DNA of 64,000 nucleotides from an uncultured Eubacteriales bacterium (GCA_964541225.1 CAZIPN010000001.1:39863-103862); one strand, 5' to 3'; positions 10,278-20,623 are shown, counted from the first letter of the stretch. Notes: generated by a model not told the origin, from the sequence alone. A program made the numbers and translations.

Positions 10278-12839
10278 CTACTGGCTTGCCGCGCCGCCGG
10301 AAACGGCGTCGCCGCGCGACGAGCCGCCTTCGACGATGCTCGTGACCGATGTGTCAAGAACGCTCTCGGGCGCTCGCCGAGTCGGCACGGGGACCGAACC
10401 CTCGCCTTTGCGGAAGGCAAGATGATCATCTTCGCCAAAGACCTCGATGATGTCGCCGGCCTGCCAGTTGCCCGCGAGGATCTGCTCCGACAGCGGATCC
10501 TCCAGACTGCGCTGGATTGCCCTGCGCAGCGGCCGAGCGCCGAGGGTCGAGTCGAAGCCCTCACTGGCAAGAAGTGTGCGCGCCTCTTCCGTAAGCGCGA
10601 TGCCGAAGCCCTGCAGGAGCAGCTGATCGCGCAGGCGGTCGACCATGAGGTCCACGATCTGCTCGATTTCCTCATTGCTCAGATCGTGGAAGACAATGAC
10701 TTCATCCACACGGTTGAGGAACTCCGGACGAAACGCCTTCTTCAGCTCGCCCGTGACGCGCTCTTTGACCATCTCATAGCCGATGCCACCCTCAGCACCC
10801 TGAGGAGCGAAACCGAGCGTTGTCGTCTTGACGATGTCACGAGCCCCGATGTTGCTCGTCATGATCACGATCGCGCTTTTGAAATCGACTCGGCGACCCT
10901 GGGCATCCGTCAACCGGCCCTCTTCGAGAATCTGCAGAAGGATGTTGAAGACGTCCGGATGTGCTTTCTCGATCTCGTCGAACAAGATCACCGAATATGG
11001 GCGGCGGCGGACCTGTTCGGTCAGTTGACCGCCCTCGTCAAATCCAACGTAGCCTGGAGGCGAGCCTATCAGCCGCGACACGGTGTGCTTCTCCATGTAC
11101 TCCGACATGTCGAGACTGATGAGCGCATCTTCGCTGCCAAACAGAAACGCGGCCAGCGCCTTGGACAGCTCGGTCTTGCCGACACCTGACGGGCCCAGGA
11201 AGATGAACGAACCACTTGGGCGCCGCGGGTCCTTGAGCCCAGCGCGAGCACGGCGAATGGCCTTGCTCACGGCCACGACAGCTTCGTCCTGGCCGACAAT
11301 CCGCTCGTGCAGCACGGTCTCCATACGCAGCAGCTTGGCTGTCTCCTCCTCGGTCAGTGCCGTGACAGGAACACCCGTCCACATCGACACGACCTCGGCA
11401 ATTTCGTGCTCGGTGACTTCCACGACGCGCCGCGCGTCCGGCTTGAGCCACTCTTCTTCCATCTGACGCTTCTCGCCGAGAATCTGCTTCTCACGATCAC
11501 GCAGCGAAGCCGCCTTCTCGAACTCCTGAGCCTCAATGGCCGCTTCCTTCTCCGTGCGCACCTGACGCAGACGATCGTCGACCTCTTTGACGCCCGGAGG
11601 GGCGGTCATCATCTTGATCCGCATCTTGGCGCCCGCCTCGTCCATCAGGTCGATGGCCTTGTCCGGCAAGAAGCGGTCTGAGATGTAGCGGTCCGCCAAC
11701 GTGGCAGCCGCCTCTATGGCGTCGTCGGTGATGGTCACTCGGTGGTGTGCCTCGTAGCGATCCCGAAGACCCTTGAGTATCTGAATCGTCTCCTCGACGC
11801 TGGGCTCGCCAACCGTAATAGGCTGGAACCGGCGCTCGAGCGCAGGATCCTTCTCCACGTACTTGCGGTATTCATCCAACGTCGTTGCGCCGATCGTCTG
11901 CAGTTCACCGCGCGCCAACGCGGGCTTGATGATGCTGGCCGCGTCAATGGCACCCTCCGCAGCCCCCGCACCGACAAGCGTATGCATCTCATCGACGAAC
12001 AGAATGATGTCGCCACGCTCGCGAATCTCCTTCATGACCTTCTTCAAGCGATCCTCAAACTCGCCGCGATACTTGCTGCCGGCCACCAACGCTGCCAAGT
12101 CCAGCGTGTAGAGCTGCTTGTCCTTGATGGTTTCGGGCACCTCGTCGGCAGCGATGCGCTGTGCGAGGCCCTCGGCAACCGCCGTCTTGCCAACACCCGG
12201 CTCACCAATGAGCACAGGGTTGTTCTTGGTGCGGCGCGACAGGATCTGCATGACGCGCTCGATCTCACCGGCACGACCAATGACCGGATCGAGCTTGCCA
12301 TCGCGCGCCTGCTTCGTGAGGTTGCGACCAAACTCATCGAGTAGCTGATTGCTGCTGCTGCCACCGCCCCTACGCTCCTCGCCGGCCTCCGCCGGCTTCC
12401 CGTAGTGGCCTGAGAGCAGCTGGATGACCGCCGAGCGAACCTTCTCCAGGTCCGCCCCCAAGTTGAGGAGCACCTGCGCAGCCACGCCTTCGCCCTCGCG
12501 GATCAGACCGAGCAGAATGTGCTCGGTGCCAATGTAGTTGTGGCCAAGCTGCAGCGCTTCGCGCAACGAAAGCTCAAGCACCTTCTTCGCGCGCGGGGTG
12601 AACGGGATGTGGCCGGTCGGCACGAACGTGCCTCGGCCGATAAGGTCCTCCACCTGCGCATGCACGTCCTCAAGCGAGATGCTGAGAGATTCCAGCGCCT
12701 TGGCGGCAATGCCGTCCTGCTCGCGGATGAGGCCGAGAAGCAGGTGCTCGGTGCCGATGTAGTTCTGGTTGAGCATGCGCGCTTCCTCCTGCGCGTACAC
12801 AACCACTCGGCGCGCCTTCTCCGTGAATCGCTCGAACAT
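10278..12839 (-). CDS. clpC: ATP-dependent Clp protease ATP-binding subunit ClpC
   Basis: The N-domain starts [12 protein letters not shown]. There are two AAA modules ([20 protein letters not shown]) and a UVR-like linker. I trimmed the tracked 917-aa ORF to the ATG at 12839. Confidence 0.95.
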   Translation of the reverse strand: MFERFTEKARRVVVYAQEEARMLNQNYIGTEHLLLGLIREQDGIAAKALESLSISLEDVHAQVEDLIGRGTFVPTGHIPFTPRAKKVLELSLREALQLGHNYIGTEHILLGLIREGEGVAAQVLLNLGADLEKVRSAVIQLLSGHYGKPAEAGEERRGGGSSSNQLLDEFGRNLTKQARDGKLDPVIGRAGEIERVMQILSRRTKNNPVLIGEPGVGKTAVAEGLAQRIAADEVPETIKDKQLYTLDLAALVAGSKYRGEFEDRLKKVMKEIRERGDIILFVDEMHTLVGAGAAEGAIDAASIIKPALARGELQTIGATTLDEYRKYVEKDPALERRFQPITVGEPSVEETIQILKGLRDRYEAHHRVTITDDAIEAAATLADRYISDRFLPDKAIDLMDEAGAKMRIKMMTAPPGVKEVDDRLRQVRTEKEAAIEAQEFEKAASLRDREKQILGEKRQMEEEWLKPDARRVVEVTEHEIAEVVSMWTGVPVTALTEEETAKLLRMETVLHERIVGQDEAVVAVSKAIRRARAGLKDPRRPSGSFIFLGPSGVGKTELSKALAAFLFGSEDALISLDMSEYMEKHTVSRLIGSPPGYVGFDEGGQLTEQVRRRPYSVILFDEIEKAHPDVFNILLQILEEGRLTDAQGRRVDFKSAIVIMTSNIGARDIVKTTTLGFAPQGAEGGIGYEMVKERVTGELKKAFRPEFLNRVDEVIVFHDLSNEEIEQIVDLMVDRLRDQLLLQGFGIALTEEARTLLASEGFDSTLGARPLRRAIQRSLEDPLSEQILAGNWQAGDIIEVFGEDDHLAFRKGEGSVPVPTRRAPESVLDTSVTSIVEGGSSRGDAVSGGAASQ

Positions 12840-13129
12840 GAGCGGCCTCCCTATCTTCTCGGCGAGACTGTGTCGCCGCCAGATGCTTCTGAATGCATGT
12901 ATCGGAAGTATACCCGCCGCGCCTGACATGAAAGGTGCGACACGCGTGGAAAAGCAATTCGGATGCCAGCGACTTGAGCGCTCGACACTTAGATTTGCGC
13001 GCGACAGTCTTTGAGTATCAGATTCTGCCACCCTCGCACAAACCCGCTGGTTACAGGCTCGGGGAGCGGCGGGGAACCCGTGCGTCCGCTCCCAAGGATC
13101 CGCCTAGGTCTCCCGATCCGCTCGCAGCC

Positions 13130-14644
13130 CTAGCCTTCGGTGCGCAGCTGCGGGAACAGCAAGACGTCACGAATGGACGGCGAATCCGTCAGAAGCATGA
13201 CAAGCCGATCCACGCCCAGCCCCATCCCACCAGCAGGCGGCATTCCGTATTCCTGGGCTCGGAGGTAGTCTTCATCGACCCACATGGCTTCATCATCCCC
13301 GGCCTCTTTCGCGGCCGCCTGAGCTTCGAACCTGGCCCGCTGATCGACCGGGTCGATGAGCTCGGAGAATGCGTTCGCGAATTCCCGCCCGGTGATGATG
13401 AGCTCGAATCGGTCGACGAGGTTGGGGTCCTCGTCGTTTCGCCGAGCAAGCGGAGATGTCTCGGCGGGATACATCGTGACGAACGTCGGCTCGACGAGCG
13501 TGTGCTCGACCAGCTTCTCGAACAGCTCAGTGATGAGCTTGCCTTTGCCGTGATCTTCCTCGTATTCGACGTCATGCTTGTCACACGTCGTTCGAAGTTC
13601 CTCGAGCGTGCGCTCGAAACTCACGTCCTCGCCAGCAGCAGCACTCGTCAGGTCGATCATCGTCGCCCGGCGCCAGGGAGGCGCGAGCGACACCCGAACA
13701 CCTTGGTACTCAATGTCGAGCGTGCCGAGCACTTCAAGAGCCACGCTCGTGACGATCCCCTCGGTCAGGTCCATCATCGATTCCATGTTGCCAAACGCCT
13801 CATACGCCTCAAGCATCGTGAACTCGGGGTTGTGGCGAACGCTGATGCCTTCGTTGCGAAACGACCGATTGATCTCGAAGACGCGCTCGAACCCTCCGAC
13901 AAGCAGTCGCTTCAAGTACAGCTCGGGGGCGATTCGCAAGTACAGCGACATGTCGAGTGCATTGTGATGGGTCACGAACGGCCGAGCGGTCGCCCCACCG
14001 GGGATCGGGTGAAGCATCGGCGTTTCGACTTCGATGTAGCCCTGCGAGTTCATGTAGTGCCGAATTGCGGCCACTATTTTGAAGCGTGACGCGAAGACCT
14101 CGCGAACATCTGGATTCACGATGAGATCCACGTATCGTTGGCGGTAGCGAGTCTCGGTGTCAGAGAGTCCGTGATACTTCTCTGGCAGTGGGCGCAGCGA
14201 TTTCGAGAGCAACACGACCTCGCTCGGCGCAACCGATAGCTCGCCCCGCCGAGTGCGCATCACTGTTCCGACGGCGCCAATCCAGTCACCGACATCGAAT
14301 TCTCTCGCGCTCTCGAACATCTGCTCACCCAGCGCGTTCACACGCGTGAACAGCTGCAAATCCCCGGTGGCATCGCGAATGACGAGGAAGATGACTTTGC
14401 CCTGGTCGCGCTTGGCTACAAGCCGCCCAGCAACGCTGACGACGTCTTGCGTCTCAGAGCCCGCCTCGAGTTGCGCGTAGTCTTCGTCCAGCTGCGCAGC
14501 GTGCGCGGTCACGTCCCAGCGATCGCGATAGGGCTGCACCCCTCGCCCGCGCAGCGCCTCGAGTCTGGCTCGGCGCGTCGCGAATGGATCGTCGGGCGAA
14601 GCGACGGAGGGGTTCTCGGCAAGGCTGCGTTCCTCGTCGGCCAT
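13130..14644 (-). CDS. lysS: Lysyl-tRNA synthetase, class II
   Basis: OB-fold N-domain and class II motifs (FRNEG, GGMGLGVDRLVMLLT). Confidence 0.95.
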   Translation of the reverse strand: MADEERSLAENPSVASPDDPFATRRARLEALRGRGVQPYRDRWDVTAHAAQLDEDYAQLEAGSETQDVVSVAGRLVAKRDQGKVIFLVIRDATGDLQLFTRVNALGEQMFESAREFDVGDWIGAVGTVMRTRRGELSVAPSEVVLLSKSLRPLPEKYHGLSDTETRYRQRYVDLIVNPDVREVFASRFKIVAAIRHYMNSQGYIEVETPMLHPIPGGATARPFVTHHNALDMSLYLRIAPELYLKRLLVGGFERVFEINRSFRNEGISVRHNPEFTMLEAYEAFGNMESMMDLTEGIVTSVALEVLGTLDIEYQGVRVSLAPPWRRATMIDLTSAAAGEDVSFERTLEELRTTCDKHDVEYEEDHGKGKLITELFEKLVEHTLVEPTFVTMYPAETSPLARRNDEDPNLVDRFELIITGREFANAFSELIDPVDQRARFEAQAAAKEAGDDEAMWVDEDYLRAQEYGMPPAGGMGLGVDRLVMLLTDSPSIRDVLLFPQLRTEG

Positions 14645-14648
14645 CGCG

Positions 14649-15119
14649 CTAGCGAGTGATCGAGCGAATGGTGTACTCGATGACCTTGCCGGATGGGGTC
14701 GTCACCGAAACGGTGTCACCCTTCTTGTGGCCGAGGATCGCCGAGCCAACCGGCGACTCGTTCGAGATCTTGTCGGCGGCGGGATCTGCCTCAGCCGAGC
14801 CAACAACCTGGTAGACCCGCTTGCTGCCGGCGTTGGATTCGAGCTGCACCTTGCTCCCCAGAGTGACCTTGTCGCTCTTCCTAGGCACGTCGATGATCGT
14901 TGCGTGCGCGAGGATCTGTGTGATCTCGATGATGCGACTCTCCACCCACGCCTGCTCGTTCTTGGCGTCGTCATACTCGGAGTTCTCAGAGATGTCGCCG
15001 AATTCCTTGGCTTCCTTGATGCGCTCGCCGACCTCTCGGCGGCGGACTGTCTCCAGATGCTTGAGTTCATCCTCGAGCTTCGACTGGCCTTCAGGCGTCA
15101 GAGCAGTCTCTTTGTTCAT
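14649..15119 (-). CDS. greA: Transcription elongation factor GreA
   Basis: LTPEGQSKLEDELKHLETVRRREVGERIKEAKEFGDISENSEYDDAK. Start set at ATG 15119, with GGAG 5-6 nt upstream. Confidence 0.9.
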   Translation of the reverse strand: MNKETALTPEGQSKLEDELKHLETVRRREVGERIKEAKEFGDISENSEYDDAKNEQAWVESRIIEITQILAHATIIDVPRKSDKVTLGSKVQLESNAGSKRVYQVVGSAEADPAADKISNESPVGSAILGHKKGDTVSVTTPSGKVIEYTIRSITR

Positions 15120-15267
15120 GCGAGGCTCCGTATCTGTCACGCTCGCACTCCCGGCGCGCGCATAGCGGGTAACGTGAGGGCTGCCCGATCCTTCAAGGCA
15201 GCCCAGCAGAATGTCCACGCGAGTATATACGAACGTCAGCCGCTTTCAAGGCTCATCTCGGCGAGGA

Positions 15268-15483
15268 TCACCTCTGTGCTCGCGAGCGGTCCTCTTTGGC
15301 CTCATCGATCGGTGCCCCGCTTGTCCCCGTCGCAGCCGCGGAGGATTGCGGCTCCTCTTCGTCGAAAGCGCGCATCGGCTTGCCGAGACGTCGCACAGAA
15401 TCGGGCATTCGCCTCGGAAGAAAGACAACCGCCGCGAGCAGCGCCACGACGGCCAGGCCGACCGGTGAGAAGACGAGCTTCAC
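15268..15483 (-). CDS. TatA/TatB-family protein, divergent paralog
   Basis: A single TM (LAVVALLAAVVFLP) is followed by RRMPDSVRRLGKPMRAF, resembling the FGPKKLP..GRSLG hinge and amphipathic helix. GTG 15483 is preceded by GGAGG. Confidence 0.6.
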   Translation of the reverse strand: MKLVFSPVGLAVVALLAAVVFLPRRMPDSVRRLGKPMRAFDEEEPQSSAAATGTSGAPIDEAKEDRSRAQR

Positions 15484-15568
15484 GACACTCCTCCGGAATC
15501 GACATCTACCCAGAGAGCGCAACGCGCGCCCACCAAGGACGCGCGCTTGATCGCTGACCAACCGGCGG

Positions 15569-15796
15569 CTACGACTTGGCGGCCGGCTCCTTCTCCTCGG
15601 GCTTGTCTGCCTCGGCCTTCGCGGCCTCGGCGTTCGTGGCCTCAGGGAGTTCCTCGTCCTTGCCCTCCGCGCCTTCGCGGATCGACTTCATCGTCTTTCC
15701 GAGCGACTTGCCTAGTTGCGGCAGCTGCTTCGGACCGAAAATGATCAGAACGATGATCAAGATGATGATCAAGACCTGTGGCTCGAAAAGCTTCAT
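15569..15796 (-). CDS. tatA: Twin-arginine translocase subunit TatA
   Basis: MKLFEPQVLIIILIIVLIIFGPKQLPQLGKSLGKTMKSIREG. The tracked ORF was trimmed to ATG 15796. Confidence 0.9.
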   Translation of the reverse strand: MKLFEPQVLIIILIIVLIIFGPKQLPQLGKSLGKTMKSIREGAEGKDEELPEATNAEAAKAEADKPEEKEPAAKS

Positions 15797-15872
15797 CAGT
15801 GCCTCCGCACATGTTTGGTATCGATCGATGCCGGTCGACCGTTTGTACGCCGCAAGTAGCGTACCACCTGAC

Positions 15873-16529
15873 TCATACCCCTGCCATGCTTTCGGTGCGC
15901 GACAAGTAGTACAGCGTATGCAGCAATTCCCGCACCGGATCCGTGTTGTGCAGCGCAACGCCCTCAGGCACGCGGACGAACGCCGTGGAATAGTTCACGA
16001 TCACTCGCACACCCGCTCGGCACAGCCGATCGACAACACGCTGCGCCTCCGACGCTGGCACCGTGATGACGCCGAATTGAACGCCCTGCTCGGCCACCAC
16101 GGACTCAATCTCGTCAACGTCGCGCACAACAAGATCAGCGACTGGCAGGCCGACCTTGCCCGGATCGCTGTCAAAGAGCCCGGACACCACAAAACCTCGC
16201 GTACGCAGACCGTCATAACGTGCAAGCGCCAACCCAAGATTCCCCGCGCCCACAATCGCAATGCATTGCGCACGATCTGAACCAAGAATGTGCTGGAGAT
16301 GGTCGGCGAGCGAGACGATTCCGTAGCCGACGCCACGCGTCCCAAAGTGCCCGAAATACGCAAGGTCACGCCGGATCTGAGCCGCATTGACTTCGGTCAG
16401 CTCGGACAAGCGCGCGGACGAAACCGTCTGACGTCCCTCAGCCTGCAAATGGAGCAATGCATTCAGGTAGGATGGCAGCCGTTCGATCACGCCTGAGGGA
16501 ACGCTGTGCGTCGCTCGAACAGTTGGCAT
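15873..16529 (-). CDS. rex: Redox-sensing transcriptional repressor Rex
   Basis: Winged-helix N-terminus (RLPSYLNALLHL...SSARLSE...QIRRDLAYFG.FGTRGVGY) plus a Rossmann domain (IAIVGAGNLGLALA). ATG 16529 has GAGGAG upstream. Confidence 0.9.
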   Translation of the reverse strand: MPTVRATHSVPSGVIERLPSYLNALLHLQAEGRQTVSSARLSELTEVNAAQIRRDLAYFGHFGTRGVGYGIVSLADHLQHILGSDRAQCIAIVGAGNLGLALARYDGLRTRGFVVSGLFDSDPGKVGLPVADLVVRDVDEIESVVAEQGVQFGVITVPASEAQRVVDRLCRAGVRVIVNYSTAFVRVPEGVALHNTDPVRELLHTLYYLSRTESMAGV

Positions 16530-16569
16530 GAATCTCCTCAGGTCAGCCAGGAACCGATCGACACCCGTA

Positions 16570-16587
16570 TCGTAACAACTGTTACAA
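16570..16587 (-). promoter_or_regulatory. Rex-type operator candidate upstream of rex (gene-strand sequence TTGTAACAGTTGTTACGA)
   Basis: A 6-N4-6 palindrome GTAAC(A)-N4-GTTAC lies 41-58 nt upstream of the rex ATG. It shares architecture and outer TTGT...ACAA bases with the known Rex box TTGTGAA-N4-TTCACAA. Two more copies are at 47509 and 55840. Confidence 0.55.
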
Positions 16588-16658
16588 ACCCAAACAAGCT
16601 GCGCCGTTGTTGGATTCGAACGCCCCATCTCGGACTCCACAAGGCCAACATCGGGCTT

Positions 16659-17786
16659 TCACGTCAGCGGCTGCTCGTTCAGTACGTTGATGATGTCGGA
16701 CCGCGTCACAATGCCTGCAAGATGACCATCTCGAACGACAAGAAGCGCGCCGGGCCGATCTGCGGCGAGACGTGGAAGAAGAAGCGTGACCTGCGCTGAT
16801 GCATCCACACTGATCTTGTCGAGGCCTCGATCCGTGATGTCTGCTACCCGCACCTTCGGCCACTCATCGCGTGGCAACGCCTTCACGTCGGCAAAGGACA
16901 CCATGCCGACAATGGCTCCGTTCTCCATCACGGGATAGCGACTGTGCTGACGGCCGAGAAGGTGCTCGTGCACCAGAGTATCGACTGACATCTCACCGTC
17001 CAGATACTCAGGGTGGAGCGTCATGATGCGCTCCACAGTCAGCCCCGCCAAACGCGATTGGACCTGCTGCTGCCGATAGGACGTTCCCGCAAGCCACGCT
17101 ATGAACCAGCCGACAAGCCCAACCCAGATCCACGACGTGTCACCCGTCGACACGCCGACAAACAACGCGATGGCGACTATTCCCCAGCCAATAACCTGTC
17201 CCGATCGCGCCGCCCAGCGAGTCGATCGCGAGTTGTCGCCAGAAATCGCCCAGAGAATCGAATGCAGAACGCGACCACCATCGAGAGGAAACCCGGGGAG
17301 CAGATTGAAGAGGCCGACGAACAAGTTGATTTGCGCGAGGTAGTCAAGCGGAGAAGAGAACCACCAGGGCGCCGAGGCAACTGTTCGCGCCCACACGAGG
17401 AAGGCAGCGCCAGCAATCAGAATGCTCATCCCGGGACCCGCAGACGCCATCAGTAACTCGCGTCCCGGGGTAGTCGGCTCCTCGGCGATCTGCGCGATGC
17501 CTCCGAAGATGAAGAGCGTGATCTTCTCGACATTGCCGCCTTCGAGTTTGGTTACCACAGCGTGCGAGACCTCGTGCGCAAGAATCGAGGCGAAGAACAG
17601 AAGTGCGGTGACAACCCCGAGAACGCCCAGCAGCCAGTAGGGAGCACCTTGCGCACCGTCAATCGCGGGGTAGTAGGAAGTCGCTAGAGTCAGTGCGACG
17701 AGAACGAAGATAACAACCCAGCTCAGGTTGACCTCGAATGGAATGCCAAGAATCTTGCCTATGCGAAACGAAGGTATGTCGAACAC
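16659..17786 (-). CDS. Site-2 (M50) family metalloprotease with tandem CBS domains
   Basis: HEVSHAVV zinc motif, multiple TM helices, NLLPGFPLDGGR, and a C-terminal CBS pair. GTG 17786 is preceded by GGAGG. Confidence 0.8.
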   Translation of the reverse strand: MFDIPSFRIGKILGIPFEVNLSWVVIFVLVALTLATSYYPAIDGAQGAPYWLLGVLGVVTALLFFASILAHEVSHAVVTKLEGGNVEKITLFIFGGIAQIAEEPTTPGRELLMASAGPGMSILIAGAAFLVWARTVASAPWWFSSPLDYLAQINLFVGLFNLLPGFPLDGGRVLHSILWAISGDNSRSTRWAARSGQVIGWGIVAIALFVGVSTGDTSWIWVGLVGWFIAWLAGTSYRQQQVQSRLAGLTVERIMTLHPEYLDGEMSVDTLVHEHLLGRQHSRYPVMENGAIVGMVSFADVKALPRDEWPKVRVADITDRGLDKISVDASAQVTLLLPRLAADRPGALLVVRDGHLAGIVTRSDIINVLNEQPLT

Positions 17787-17857
17787 GTTCGCCTCCGACC
17801 CGTGCTGACGACGATGAGCGGCCGAGAATCCAACGGACTCAGCGATCCCGAAGAACC

Positions 17858-18655
17858 CTACAAGACCGCGCCCTGCAGGGCTTGTGCACACACACACTCC
17901 CGCTTTGCTGGAAGAGCCGGAATCATCGCGTTGATCAAATCCTTGACCCGACTGTTGTTCTCGTTGAACACACGAACGACTTCTTCGTTCGACACCGGCG
18001 TTGCGCCTTCCGCCCCGACGTCATGGTCGGTAATGAGCGCAATGTTGACGTAGCAGATCTCCAGTTCGCGTGCTAGGTACGCTTCAGGGTATTGGGTCAT
18101 GTTGATGACTTCCCATCCCTGCGACGCGAACCACTTTGACTCGGACCGAGTGGAAAACCGCGGGCCCTGAACCACAACTACCGTCCCTTTCGGATGAGCC
18201 ACGATACCCAGCTCGGCGGCCTTGTCGATCGCGATCTGCCGCATGACCGGACAGTACGGATCCGCCGACGACACGTGCGTTGTGATCGGCCCATCGTAGA
18301 ACGTATCTGGACGACCCGATGTCCGGTCGACGAACTGATCGCAGATTACAAAATGCCCGGGCTCGATTTCTGGCTGCAGCGATCCGCATGCGTTTGGTCC
18401 GATGATCTGCTGCACCCCGAATTCCTTCATGGCCCACAGGTTCGCGCGATAGTTGATCTTGTGCGGCGGATACGAGTGGTCTTTCCCGTGCCGAGGCAAG
18501 AATGCAACCGCCCGGCCGCCAATCTCCCCGACCATCACAGGCGATGACGGGGCACCATAAGGCGTGTTGACCTTGAACTCATGGGGGCTGCTGAGCAGCT
18601 CGTAGAAGCCGCTCCCACCGAAGACGCCTATCTCTGCCTTCGGATACTCAGACAT
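17858..18655 (-). CDS. mtnP: S-methyl-5'-thioadenosine phosphorylase
   Basis: IGVFGGSGFY...FLPRHG..H..PPH.INYRAN...GPRFST..ES. ATG 18655 has AGGAG upstream. Confidence 0.85.
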   Translation of the reverse strand: MSEYPKAEIGVFGGSGFYELLSSPHEFKVNTPYGAPSSPVMVGEIGGRAVAFLPRHGKDHSYPPHKINYRANLWAMKEFGVQQIIGPNACGSLQPEIEPGHFVICDQFVDRTSGRPDTFYDGPITTHVSSADPYCPVMRQIAIDKAAELGIVAHPKGTVVVVQGPRFSTRSESKWFASQGWEVINMTQYPEAYLARELEICYVNIALITDHDVGAEGATPVSNEEVVRVFNENNSRVKDLINAMIPALPAKRECVCAQALQGAVL

Positions 18656-18750
18656 GGCACCACTCCTTGATTGAGAGACACGGGCTGGCAGATGCGCTGC
18701 TGCGATTCTAGTGGATACCCCGATCCAGGCGTACACCGGCACCGGCGGCG

Positions 18751-19785
18751 TCACGCCGATCGGTCGACAAACGCAAGATCTTCGATGGTTGTAGATGGCC
18801 GGTCGTCTTCGGCCGCTCGCGGTGCCCACAATGGTCTACGAAACAGATTGCCCGCATCCGTCCACCGTTCGTCGACTCGCGTCGCTCCACCAAGCAGCGT
18901 CGCGAATCCCGACGCCTTGGCATCGAGGTTGTCGGCATGGTGAAGCATCAATGCCTCGAGAGTGGATGGCCGCTTGGGCGAGCCCCATTCCAGTTCACCG
19001 TGATGCGAGAGAATCGCGTGCTCCAGAAGCATCAGGCGTTCGCGGGATACGTGTGTTCTCGCCGAAGCCAGTGCCGCGTGCAGACGACGCACCCCCAACA
19101 CCACGTGCCCCGCCAATCGCCCCTCGTCGGTGTACTCAATGGCCGTCGCGTAGGAGAGCTCCTCGCACTTGCCAACGTCATGCAGGAGCGCCGCAGCCGT
19201 CAGCATGTCGCCGTCGACGTGTGGATACACTTCCGCGAGCCTACGACACAGCCCCGCCACGGCCACCGTGTGCTCCAGAAGCCCACCTAGATAGGCGTGA
19301 TGGTAGGACTGCGATCCCGGACAGGAGTTGAACCGCTCGGCGAACGCACGATCCGAGAAGACAGCGTGAAGGACTCGCCTGAGGTCTGGATCATTGACGC
19401 TGGCCACGAGGTCAGAGAACTCAACCCGCATCTCCTCTCTGGACCTCGGGCTCGACGCGAGCATGTCCTCGGCGTCCCACTGGCCAGCAGGCCGCAGCGC
19501 CTCGACGGACACGCGTTTCGCTCCGCGATATGTCGTTGCTGTTCCGCGCACCTGCACAACGCAACCGACCGGCACGGCAAGCGCGCCCTCAGTTGGGCGA
19601 AAACACACCCCGGGAATCGTCCCTGTTCTGTCAGCAAGCTCTAGCGATAGGTACGCATTGCCGCTACGGGCAACTCGCAGTTCTTTTGACCTCAATGCAA
19701 AAGGCGCGTTGACGACAGTACCTTCGGCCAGTTCGTTGACGTAGTTGCGCTTCACAGCTCGCCGCCTTCCAGCGTTGCTCTTCAC
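18751..19785 (-). CDS. OB-fold plus HD-domain 3'-5' exoribonuclease, YhaM-like
   Basis: N-terminal OB fold (FALRSKELRVARSGNAYLSLELADRTG) and an HD domain (HHAYLGGLLEHT...LLHDVGK). Confidence 0.7.
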   Translation of the reverse strand: MKSNAGRRRAVKRNYVNELAEGTVVNAPFALRSKELRVARSGNAYLSLELADRTGTIPGVCFRPTEGALAVPVGCVVQVRGTATTYRGAKRVSVEALRPAGQWDAEDMLASSPRSREEMRVEFSDLVASVNDPDLRRVLHAVFSDRAFAERFNSCPGSQSYHHAYLGGLLEHTVAVAGLCRRLAEVYPHVDGDMLTAAALLHDVGKCEELSYATAIEYTDEGRLAGHVVLGVRRLHAALASARTHVSRERLMLLEHAILSHHGELEWGSPKRPSTLEALMLHHADNLDAKASGFATLLGGATRVDERWTDAGNLFRRPLWAPRAAEDDRPSTTIEDLAFVDRSA

Positions 19786-19816
19786 TGGAAGTCACCGTAG
19801 CGAACTGGTCTGACAC

Positions 19817-20623
19817 TCAGCCGGCCGGGCGAACCCTGACGTGCACTCCCGGACCAACGCCGTAGCGGTCCATAGCGTTGCCCATGTTCACAGCAAGCGT
19901 CAGCCAACCCGATGAGTCCACCAGCGCCACGGGTTCCCCTTCGGGCACATCTGAGAAGGTCGTGCCGAACGGGACAACTAGATTGTTGTGACCGATCCCC
20001 AGCCCCAGGGAGGGAACCCGCAACCCTAGCTCTTCGAGATCCTCGGCAGGAATGTTGAAGCGCAGCGACCCGAACCGATCGGCCTCAAGCACCTCTCCCA
20101 AGACGTAGCCACCCTCTGAAACCCAGCGCTGAAACGGAGCGGGGACGAGACTGTCCGGTTCGACCAAGTCGCCGAGAGCTGACGCGTCAACACCGCACGC
20201 CAAGGCCGCCGCTGCAGGAGCGAGCACGTCACGCGCGTGAAACGTCGGCAACGGGTCCACGTGCTCGGTCTTGATCGGATTGAGTGCGTAGGCGGCAGCT
20301 ATTCCGCCCAATCGCCAGACGGCCGGAAGCAGCACTCCGTTGTCCGGACCCACGAGCCGCGTTCCCCGGTCGGTCACAATGCACAGATCGCGACGAGGGC
20401 CTCCGACCCCGGGGTCCACAACAACCAGGTGGATCGCGTCTGGAAGCTGATAGGCGCCCGCCGCAGCCAGGGCCGCCGCCTTGCGAACGTCATACGGAGG
20501 TATCTGGTGACCGAGGTCGACAACGTGGGCCATGGGACACGCACGAAGTATGATGGCGTGGCAGACACCGACCCACGTGTCTTCAAGTCCGAAGTCGGAA
20601 GCGAACGCGATGAGTGATTGCAA
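19817..20623 (-). CDS. SAM hydrolase / SAM hydroxide adenosyltransferase family (DUF62)
   Basis: IAFASDFGLEDTWVGVCHAI...VVDPGVG. TTG 20623 is preceded by GGGGAGG. Confidence 0.7.
   Translation of the reverse strand: MQSLIAFASDFGLEDTWVGVCHAIILRACPMAHVVDLGHQIPPYDVRKAAALAAAGAYQLPDAIHLVVVDPGVGGPRRDLCIVTDRGTRLVGPDNGVLLPAVWRLGGIAAAYALNPIKTEHVDPLPTFHARDVLAPAAAALACGVDASALGDLVEPDSLVPAPFQRWVSEGGYVLGEVLEADRFGSLRFNIPAEDLEELGLRVPSLGLGIGHNNLVVPFGTTFSDVPEGEPVALVDSSGWLTLAVNMGNAMDRYGVGPGVHVRVRPAG

Noticed and set aside
12840-13031. N-terminal extensions of tracked ORFs: clpC to 13031, cysS to 4503, greA to 15218, rex to 16640, mtnP to 18829, the polyprenyl synthase to 59669, the cyt 20-heme gene to 52456, and others.
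   Set aside because: Conserved protein N-termini begin at internal ATG/GTG codons preceded by GGAG-type RBSs. The extensions overlap upstream genes or intergenic promoters and have atypical composition.
12840-13129. Search for CtsR (GGTCAAA direct repeat), CIRCE or ClgR boxes upstream of clpC. I noted reiterated CGACAC/CGACAG and CTTGAG/CTTTGAG words.
   Set aside because: There is no match to the known consensus sequences. The short words have irregular spacing, and I cannot distinguish them from chance without statistics.
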